Source: Octopus vulgaris (Eukaryota). From it: a DNA stretch of 64,000 nucleotides. The notes under the pieces were generated by a model. It was not told the origin of the DNA. It searched no databases and was given only the letters and a program-made list of their open reading frames with translations. The position numbers were made by a program, and so were the translations under genes. Where the stretch lies: positions 117,552,001 through 117,616,000 of the forward strand of contig OX597822.1 in assembly GCA_951406725.2 (NCBI GenBank). Reading direction: 5' to 3'. How positions within the stretch are numbered: position 1 is the stretch's first letter; every line of letters starts with the position of its first letter. This document shows, piece by piece, positions 54,494 through 64,000 of the stretch.

Positions 54494-55701
54494 TGTCCCT
54501 TCTCATATACATCTTACTTATGACTATGAATAGTTAATAATTCACACGTTATGACCATTTTTCACTTTAAAAATGAGTACATAATAGAATTTTGAAAACA
54601 TTCTCTGAGACAAGACGCGGTGTATGAAGAGCAGCTGTGCCATTTCGTCGGATCTATAAGTCGCTGGCATACATTAAAAAGTGACGTCTAAAGCGAATAC
54701 TATCATCAGAAAATAGCGACAATTTTTTAACCTAAAATTTCACTCACTTTCTAAGTTACAGCAGATTTGTTGCGATAAATATAGATTTAGGGTAATAGAT
54801 CTTCGGTAAATATAGATTAAAGGTTAAAAAAAGAAAAACGCACATGTTTCAAGAATTAATGAAGTTACTGTTGGAACAATAGATATTCAGATGCTAAGCA
54901 GAAGAAAATTCTAGCGATCATGTCAACGATTTTGACATGCATTCATATGATGAACTTCAGTTGTATAAGAAAAAGAAAAAAAAGATCATAATTGCTGTGT
55001 ACTTTATGTCTCTCCAAATAATCACTACTACTCCAGTTGCTATGATACTGCGTTACCTTTTCTATTTCTGGTAATGATGTTAGCAAATGATTTATCAATT
55101 GCCAAACCAAGATATCTTATTAAAACAATGAATAAAAAAAAAATCAACCAAAATGAATAAATTTCATTTTGATATATTTCTTTTCGCACAACTGTTTTAC
55201 GTAAATTTCAAGCTTCTATATTTACAATTTCACTTTAACGAAAGCATATAACAGAGACACTGTTCCCCAGTTTCAAAAACAGATGGCTAGCAGTTCGTTT
55301 TATTGAATTACCATACTCTCTCCATATTCATTTGATAAATATAAGCTTTCAAATCTCTCACCGGTTTGATAATTCACAGAGAGAGGAAAAGAGAGTAGGA
55401 AAAAGCAGAAAATGTAGATCGTTCTTTATAAAATGTTCAGTAATTCTTGATGTAAAAATTCTTGTATGACTGAAAGATACGTTCTTCGCATCATGGAGAC
55501 ACATATGTGAAGTGTATTCCCGTTTTCATGTTTTACTGATAAATAATGATGAGGATGATGGATCTTCCATTGGTTTCGACGATGAGCTTTCAGTTATTGG
55601 ACCTGAGGGTATGGTTAAAAACATTAACTGAAGGTTTTACAGAGAAATTGGAAACGGGCCCTCATGAATCCAAAGCGAACATAATCTCTGACAAGTGATT
55701 A

Positions 55702-55737
<36 letters not shown>

Positions 55738-56042
55738 GAAAAATGAACCCAAAGAATTATATGTATATGTAGAATTCTAAATATGCTCATTACATATATT
55801 TTGATCTTCCAATACAGAAACACGTGTGGTTCCTTTTTAATTATAATTTTAACTTAAGTAAGGGCTAATTAAGGCAGTATATTTTATATCCTGCCATTGT
55901 ACTGGATTTATCCTCAAGTATTATTTCTCAATGTACATATAAATAGCATGAATTTTCCATCATAAATACTCGTTATTCTTTTTGCATTATCTGAAATGGA
56001 ATTCCCACAAATCTATTGATTGAAATCCCAATAACTGAACTA

Positions 56043-56073
<31 letters not shown>

Positions 56074-56122
56074 GTCAGTGACTTTTGGGACACCCTGTAT
56101 ATATATATATATATATATAACT

Positions 56123-56432
56123 AATGTAGGATAAAATTTTTTTCGGGAAAAAATTTTATCAATGGCCAGCATATAAAAAAATACCTTTAAAGGTTAAATT
56201 TATAAATAATTTACAAAAATAAGGGCAAAAGAAAAATTCTAATGCCAAATATGCCGAAAAAAAGACAAAAATTGTTAATAACAATTATAATTTATGCGTC
56301 TCGAAACAAACCGATAGAAATTTCTAAGAAATCCGTTATTACCGTATTGGTCCCAATATCGGGGTTAATTCATAAGAATTTTCCCCTCTTCAGCGATAAA
56401 TACGTGAGATATAAGTGAAATACTTACTCATA
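56123..56432 (-). mobile_element. Penelope-like repeat (same family as 22275-22596)
   Basis: Colinear homology over ~300 bp, including hammerhead. Confidence 0.75.
56339..56399 (-). ncRNA. Type I hammerhead motif with GAAA>GATA core change
   Basis: TTATCG-CTGAAGA-GGGG..CCCC-GATA-TTGG GA CCAA-TA-CGGTAA. Confidence 0.7.
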
Positions 56433-57937
56433 TAAGTATATATATATATATATGTGCATGCGCGCGCGCACGTGTGTGTGTTAGAGCGAAGTTATGTTAT
56501 GTATATATGCTAGAGCGCCCCTACCCCTCGCATAGCTCTCCCTTATTCTGTCTTGAATACTGAAAATGTAAGGAACTGTAAACTTTGCATTGGTTAAAGT
56601 ATTACCTATATAGCATTTTATAAGTTATATGCAACCCCACCACCACCAGCACCTGAAAAATAAAACCCAGTTAGTAGAATCTTTATAGTTTGTATTAATT
56701 TTTAAAAATAAAAGCAGCCTATATTCAGAAAAGCAGTTTCAACGTAAAAAAAAAATGTAAATTCTTACTGACTTGTGACATGCAATACAAAAAACTATGC
56801 ACGAACCTCGAACGAAATACATGAACAGCTAACACCGTAAAATAAGCATTAATAGAGTTTACTATTTAATTAAAAGGCCATTGTTTTCAGTGAAAGTGAG
56901 GTAAACTTTTGTCTTGATTTCTGTACATTTAATATGTATTTTCGTAGCCTACTTTGACTTCAGAACCTTTTATCACTAAATTGATAGCATGTTCGATTCC
57001 TTGGCTATGACAAGGAAGAGGTATTGGCTATGTCAGTCTGATCTTTTTATCTGTTTGTCATAACACGTGCTGGTGCATATATCAAACATTTCATTGAACT
57101 CCTCTAATTTCTTATGAAAACTATCTTCTCTTTGCTTGATAGGTATTTTGTTTAATTTATAAGCAGATTCACCCAATCTCTCAATTTTTAGAGCTATTTC
57201 CTCATACTCAATAAAAGGAAAAGAAAATGTGTTCCATATTGCTTGCACATCTGCAGCAACAATCCGGTAGTATTCTTTGGGTGTGGGGGAAGTTTTTGAT
57301 ATCTGTTCCTCACGTTTTCTTATGTATAAATAATGTCGGAATACACCAGCCTTTGATGGGAGTCATTGCTGTAGGAAATTCTGCAGGAAATCCAGATGCT
57401 GAACTACGGCTTTTACTTCTAGTTACCGTTATATAATTCTATATACTTAAATTATTACACTTTAAATTTATGTAGGTATTTTTGTAAACTTAATACAATT
57501 TAGCTCTAAAAGAATGTGAAAAACAAAAGAAAATCATTTAACAAATGTATACATTTTCCAAAAAAAAAAAAATTATTTAACACATATTGAAAAGTTATAA
57601 TTTTACCATGTTGGAGGGGTACCTACCTATCAATTGTCTTATATATATCAATGTTTTTGCTATCTTTATTCATCAGATGTTCTAAACAAGGTTTCTACAG
57701 TGAAATATGATCAAATGTTTCATATCCATAAACAATTAAGTATATATGTGTTAGAGATCATATGGTTAATATAAAAAGTTAGGTTATTTAATTGTGGTAG
57801 GTGTATGCGAGGGGTAATTTTCATATATTTTATTTAAAATACTATATATATATATATATATATATAGGGAGAATTCACGAGAAAAACAAAAGACGAAGAC
57901 AGGTGGTGTAGAAAACAACCAGATGTATTAGTATAAC

Positions 57938-58332
57938 TCTTTACTCTTTTACTTGTTTAAGTCATTTGACTGCGGCCATGCTGGAGCACCGCCTTTAGTC
58001 GAGCAAATCGACCCCGGGACTTATTCTTTGTAAGCCCAGTACTTATTCTATCGGTCTGTTTTGCCGAACCGCTAAGTGACGGGGACGTAAACACACCAGC
58101 ATCGGTTGTCAAGCAATGCTAGGGGGACAATCACACAAACACATACACACACATATATATACATATATACGACAAGCTTCTTTCAGTTTCCATCTACCAA
58201 ATCCACTCACAAGGCATTGGTCGGCCCGGGGCTATAGCAGAAGACACTTGCTCAAGATGCCACGCAGTGGGACTGAACCCAGAACCATGTGGTTGGTTAG
58301 CAAGCTACTTACCACATAGCCACTCCTGCGCC
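57938..58332 (-). mobile_element. SINE family A, full length
   Basis: Homology to 911-1330. Confidence 0.9.
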
Positions 58333-58349
58333 TCGGGAATTGAAAAAAT

Positions 58350-58385
58350 CTTTAACATTTCGAGCCTACGCTCTTCCACAGAAAG
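58350..58385 (-). ncRNA. Degenerate minimal hammerhead-like motif
   Basis: CTTT-CTGTGGA-A-GAGC GTAG GCTC-GAAA-TG-TT-AAAG; core deviates from CUGANGA. Confidence 0.4.
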
Positions 58386-59044
58386 AAACAAGGAGATAGA
58401 GAAAAATGTATGTAGTGGTTACCGATCTATCATGGGTGAATATATACATATATATTCATAATTATATAATTCAAGTTGTTCTTTAGAGATTGGTATATTG
58501 ACACTTTTTTTAATTACATTCCCGAAATCTCTTCCATTGGTTAAATAACGCTAGATCTTCAAAGTTCTCAATAATCTGTTAATATCGTCTCGTATAATTC
58601 TCTACGGCGTGAGTGTGTTACTTTTCTTTATCGGTTAAACTCTGTGTTGTTCTGCGATTTCACTCGCGTAGTTATTAGTGATTATGGTTTATTTAATGTA
58701 GTTATTTCCTTATATTATGGTGCAATATATTATAGTCTTCAGATGTCGGTAATGATGAAACGACTGAAATTTAATATTTATCAGAAAACTCGCAATATTT
58801 GTCTATCTAAATACCGCCATGAATTTTTTTTTTATGTAGCGACCGAGTTGATGTGTTTATTGGTTTTCATTAAGAAAGTTTATACTTGTACTTTTGTACC
58901 TAATTGATAAGAACATTTTTAAGCGTAGTTATGTTCAATATCTTGCCTTTATTTACTCAAACAACTAATTGCCGTCGGTGTTTCAGATTTAAATTGGTTA
59001 TCTTTTTAATATTTGTTTCCAAAAGAAACTGATAAACGTGTGTC

Positions 59045-59080
<36 letters not shown>

Positions 59081-59177
59081 AGAGATGTACAAACACGCGC
59101 ATAAAATGTCTGTTTATCTACAAAAATATATAATATAATATATATATATATATATCAAGTAAAATCTATATACGTGA

Positions 59178-59208
<31 letters not shown>

Positions 59209-59401
59209 TACATATGCATATATGTATGTGTGTGCGCGTGTGTGCATTAATATATGCACTCTATTATAAAGCAGTGAGAATGAGTGCTCAATACCGTATT
59301 GGAGGATAAATATTCTTTATTTGTGGGTTAACCAGACTACCATTGGTTTCATGTATGGGAAATCTCTTTACATGAAACCATTTGTAGCCTTGTTAACCCA
59401 C

Positions 59402-59403
59402 AG

Positions 59404-59458
<55 letters not shown>

Positions 59459-59489
59459 TAATAATAATAATAATACTGATAATAATAAC
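59402..59489. repeat. (TAA)n microsatellite
   Basis: Directly visible. Confidence 0.95.
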
Positions 59490-59804
59490 AAGAGCACGTA
59501 GAGAGCACAAAACTCCGCCAAGGCAACACCAATGTCCTCTCAACGATTAGCCGGAGATGATTTTTAAAATGAGAATATCTGAAATAAACTCGACTGCTCT
59601 CACAAACGAGAATACTAAAAGTGAACCCGACCGCTCTCAAGAATTAAGTAAAAAAAAAAACCCGGAAAAATAATACAGAATCTTTTTCCGGTACCAGATC
59701 GATCCCAATGATAGTCATGGAATGTAAAGGTGGGTGTGCGGGCCATGTTTGTAATGCTGTGTGTGTGTCGTCTGCAGTTTGGAACAGTGACAGTTTTCCC
59801 TAAG

Positions 59805-59935
59805 AAGACCTTAATTAGTTTATCCATTGATATAATGTCTTTACGACCATTAAGGCCTATAGTGAAAAATTTATCCGTGCGTGTAAGAAAACGGTTAACT
59901 TTGCTGTTCTTTTCGGAGTCGATGGAGTCAATTTA
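59805..59935 (-). mobile_element. Gypsy-like integrase C-terminal remnant
   Basis: RFLTRTDKFFTIGLNGRKDIISMDKL resembles the 'K.F.I..NG..D.VS.DRLK' end of Gypsy pol. Confidence 0.5.
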
Positions 59936-60491
59936 AGGCCATGGATTGGCGTAATCATTAACATATCGGACACAATCCCTCACAGTGTTTGCTCAGACAA
60001 ATCTTTGTATTCAGAATTCTTTGATGGTAGTTATAACCCGTTAACCGGATTGATACCACCGCCAAGTTCTTGGGTGCTTTTAGCGGAATTCGGGCTAGGT
60101 GTCCGGTTTCGGGAATGACAACTCCACTTTAATATCAGAGATCCTGAAAAATGAGGGGACATGACCGTTGTCCTTTCATTCCTCAGACAACTCTAAGTAT
60201 ACTCTTCTTTCATATGTTGAATAGTTTCGTTCAATGGTGCAGAGTAAAATGTGCTGCAGAAATAAATAAAAATGAAAGTTAATGTTATATGAAGGCCTTT
60301 GATGAAGCATTTTTCCACAGTGTCTTTTCTTGTGTAAGCGGAACAGTTTTAACTAGAAATGTAAAAATATCATGCTTTAACATGTTCATTGATATTAATT
60401 TCTTCAATAATTCATTTTAGCTTAAACTTAAATTAAAATAATAACTATTATTAAATCTCAGAATGAGATGTAAACAGTAATCGCTCGATAA

Positions 60492-60590
60492 TGTAAAGTA
60501 TAGAAGCCATCTTAGAAGCCACAGTAGAGCTACAGTAACACCCCCTCCCCTATGTGGTTAGCCATATTAAGATGGCTTCTATACTTTACA
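60492..60590. repeat. Short inverted repeat / possible MITE
   Basis: TGTAAAGTATAGAAGCCATCTTA vs TAAGATGGCTTCTATACTTTACA (23 bp perfect). Confidence 0.7.
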
Positions 60591-60921
60591 AAATAATAAC
60601 TATATTGCATTAAATATATTTATTTAACCCCCAAAAATCTAAGCAATATAAAAAAACAAAAAGCTCAAGTTTTCTTAGCCACGGTTCAAGGATTGAAAAG
60701 GCGAGAGCAGTACAAGGTTTAAAAATTTAAGATCTTGGATGACAACGGAATGATTTCAATGTCAACTTTTTTCAGAGCAAAGAGCGAACATAATTCAATT
60801 AAACTTTTACCGTCCAACATTCCCATAATGAGAACAAATTTTAAAATTGCATTACAAATGCACTAATAATTAATATTATGATTTGACTGCGTAATTACGC
60901 TCACTTAACCACCATCTAATA

Positions 60922-61062
60922 TAAGGTTGTCCCAAAAGTTCGTAGAAAGTCTTGGAAAATAATGGTCTTTATTTTGAGGAATAATTTTTGTTGTTATTGT
61001 TTGTACATGGCGAGTAAAAATTCAATTTTCGTAAGTATTTACGAACTTTTGGGACAACCTAA
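60922..61062. mobile_element. Tc1/mariner-type MITE
   Basis: TIR (TA/TT)AGGTTGTCCCAAAAGTTCGTA, flanked by TA on both sides. Confidence 0.8.
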
Positions 61063-61609
61063 TATCTACTGAAACTACAGCAATTATTTGTAAAGATTTC
61101 TTCATGTGAACCAGCTATAAAATTTATGTTTGGGAACATGGTAAAACCTAAGAAAATGATATTTTTAGTGCAAATTTGGTACATAGAATTAATATTGAAT
61201 GGGAAACAGGCAATATATCAAAAAATTACGATCTTTTCTCATTGCAACTATAAGCTGCCTCTGGAGGGTTAATACCCACTAAATAGACATTTTCCGTTAA
61301 TCTGTGCAACTGTTGGCGATTAGGCATTAAAAGGGAAATGATTAGGCATCTAGAGAGGAAAAGCCAGTGTGTAAAGCATTTCAAAGCTACTATATCCGTA
61401 AACATCAAGCTAAAACTGGCTGTTGACCTTATGGCTAAACTTATTTATACCTTTATATCTTTTATTATTTAGAAGGTCAATTGAGTTGAGTTTTATAGAA
61501 TCTGGATGGACTGAATCTCAGTCGTATTGTTTACGAAGAATGCAACTATATCTGTAAGTCTGGGGAAAATGTTGTTCATGCATCCATAACAACAATGCAT
61601 CATCTATCA

Positions 61610-61776
61610 CTGCCACTACGACAATGACTACGACTGCAATGACAACGACAACGATCGCGAAGGCCGCCAGCACCACCACCACCACCACCACCACCACCAC
61701 TCACCACCACCACCACCCACCACCACTACCACTACCACCTCTCACCACCACCACCACCACTACTACTACTACTACA

Positions 61777-61833
<57 letters not shown>

Positions 61834-61866
61834 ACTACTGCTGCTGCTGCTACTGCTGTTGTTGTT
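61610..61866. repeat. Compound trinucleotide microsatellite (ACC/ACT/GCT)
   Basis: Directly visible. Confidence 0.9.
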
Positions 61867-63058
61867 AAGCAAAGAGACAGGTAAGGGTGATTAGGTGATG
61901 GTCTAGGGCTTAGAGGAGCGGGAGACCCCAGACCTTGGGAAAAAAAACTTTGTTCGTCTTGTTGTAGTCTAGGGCTCTTCGTTGACGCCCCACACCACTG
62001 GGAGGTTGCCCTCGAAGTCGCTGGAAATGGAGATCTCCAGGTCCAAATCCTTGAACGGCTGCTGGTGCTGTTGCTGCTGGTGCTATTGCTACCACCACCA
62101 TCGCAGCATACCAAATCTCAAGTACATGACAAGGAACAGGTACACTGAATCAAGCATGAGACAGTGAGTGACCCTCGAGGCGGTTGTCTCACCAATTAGA
62201 AGCTGTAGCCAAACCTCCGTCAAACCACTCCTTACCACCCTTAAAAAAAGAAAGGATACAGTGTGCAAAGTAGTCTCTGTGCGTTGTTCAAGAGAAAAAG
62301 ATGGTATGACTGGGCATTATGATTCAGAATATTTTTGATCAGAAGTCTACATGATCAGGACTAATATAATATAAACATTAATAGCTAAACGTATGTGTGT
62401 GAATATTCGTATAAATTATCTCAGCTGAATTATAATACCTTAGCAAGACATACGCCAACAAGTAAGTCTCTATTTAGGCGTTGGAACCGCAAGAAATATC
62501 GATCAAATATCGCTCAAACCTTACTCTATTCTCATGAAAGGAAGGGTACACTGAATATTTATTCCCATTTAAATGTGGATTTTCTGTTAGAACAAAGAGT
62601 ACTGTGGTAGAAAGCATGAGAGAAACTCTCACATTGGCTTTTGGCATAAAGTACACTCTTGTTTATATCGTTAGCAGGGAGATAAATCACCCACGTTTAA
62701 GCGGGAATAAATATTACCTCCCAGTATTAAGTTTGCCTCTGTCGCCATTATACACTGAATAATGTAGACCGCGTTACACTACGTTTACAAATAAAACAGA
62801 AGATTCTTCTATGGAAAGATTGCTTTGATCATGCGTCAAAATCAAAGACAAGGACGATGTGATATCAAACAGAAGCTCTGTCAATAATAACCACAACAAG
62901 AACAAGATTAAGAACAAAAGCAACAACAGTAACGTTACCTTAATATTCCTACTGACCTTCATTGATGGGAGAGAGTAATGCATCCTCGAATAAAACTTAT
63001 ATCCTAATATAGAACTCTACTATGCATCCTAGTGTGAAACTGTGCTGCACAGTGATAG

Positions 63059-63365
63059 TGGAGGCGCAATGGCCCAGTGGTTAGGGCAGTGGACTCGCGG
63101 TCGGAGGATCGCGGTTTCGATTCCCAGACTGGGTGTTGTGTGTGTTTATTGAGCGAAAACACCAAAAAGCTCCACGATGCTCCGGCAGAGGGTGGTGGCG
63201 ACCCCTGTTGTACTCTTTCGCCAAACTTTCTCTCATTCTCTCTTCCTGTTTCTTGAGTAACGCTGCGATGGACTGGGGTCCCGTCCAGTTGGGGGGAACA
63301 CATGCACCACAGAAACCGGGAAACCATGAGCCTGGCTAGGCTTGAAAAGGGCGAAAGAAGAAGAA
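63059..63365 (+). mobile_element. SINE family C (tail as in 34752-35072)
   Basis: Head GGAGGCGCAATGGCCCAGTGG; GAAGAAGAA tail. Confidence 0.88.
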
Positions 63366-63419
63366 CACAAGTGATATAATTGCATCATAATGAACTTTCC
63401 TTTGCAACGGAACATTTAT

Positions 63420-63688
63420 GTGAAGGTCGTGAGTTCTATTCCTGGCGACGCGTTGTGTCCTTGAGCAAGACACTTTACTTCACTTTATTGCTCCAGTTCA
63501 CTCAGCTGTCAAAATGAGTTGTACCTGTAATTCAATGGGTCGGCCTTTTCACATCCCGTATCACGCTATGTATCCCTGAGAACTACGTTAAGGGTGCGCA
63601 CGTTTGTGGAGTTCTAAGCCACTTTCTCGTTAATTTCACAAGAAGGCTGTTCTGTTGATCGAATGAGCTGGAACCCTCCTCTCCGTAG

Positions 63689-63690
<2 letters not shown>
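63420..63690 (+). mobile_element. SINE with the tail of 14497-14879 but a different 5' body
   Basis: B-box GAGTTCTATTCC, GTGTCCTTGAGCAAGACACTT segment, tail GAGAACTACGTTAAGGGT..GGAACCCTCCTC. Confidence 0.7.
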
Positions 63691-63720
<30 letters not shown>

Positions 63721-64000
63721 GAGGGAGAGAGAGGGAGAGAGAGGGAGAGAGAGATGGGGATAGAGAGAGGGAGAGAGAGAGGGAGAGAGAGAGAAAGATT
63801 TTTTTATGAATCATAGTAAGAATCTGCATCCTGACCTGAGGCGGTTACTGACAATTTTGGGAGCTGTACTTTTGTGATCCATTCTAATAATTCGCGTTAG
63901 AGTCCGACTGTCCCTATCTGAAAGTTTGGGGTTTTTTCCGGAGTTTTGTTTCGACTATGAGGTTTTTCCCTACATCAGCAATCATAACTAGTAGCCCACA

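Noticed and set aside
57000-57430. Cys-containing broken ORF on the minus strand (MFDICTSTC), possible DNA-transposon remnant
   Set aside because: No catalytic motif or termini found, so no family can be assigned.
61624-61890. Thr/His/Ala-rich ORF ending at a CAG|GTAAGG donor-like site
   Set aside because: Almost entirely trinucleotide microsatellite, with no acceptor or partner exon identified.

Overview
This is AT-rich, microsatellite-dense eukaryotic non-coding DNA. The SINE families and repeat landscape suggest an Octopus genome (inference). I found no intact host protein-coding gene; most listed ORFs are microsatellite artefacts. The window is a patchwork of tRNA-derived SINEs (three head types), Tx1/L1-clade remnants (including an ORF1-only element nested in a SINE), RTE and R4/Dong-like fragments, Helitron-like elements, a mariner-type MITE and Penelope-like inverted repeats. 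The Penelope-like repeats carry about nine recognisable type I hammerhead ribozyme motifs, some degenerate. The standout is 28911-31382: about 6.9 near-identical copies of a non-coding, highly structured 360-nt unit arranged as two inverted arms and flanked by a 13-bp target-site duplication. Its helices resolve to G-U wobbles on one strand only, and it has a pseudoknot that spans the monomer junction. A diverged single-copy relative at about 41.1-41.6 kb shows a compensatory change in that pseudoknot. This looks like a retrozyme/circular-RNA-like retroposon with no canonical ribozyme core that I can recognise. All structures were folded by eye; none were computed or database-searched.
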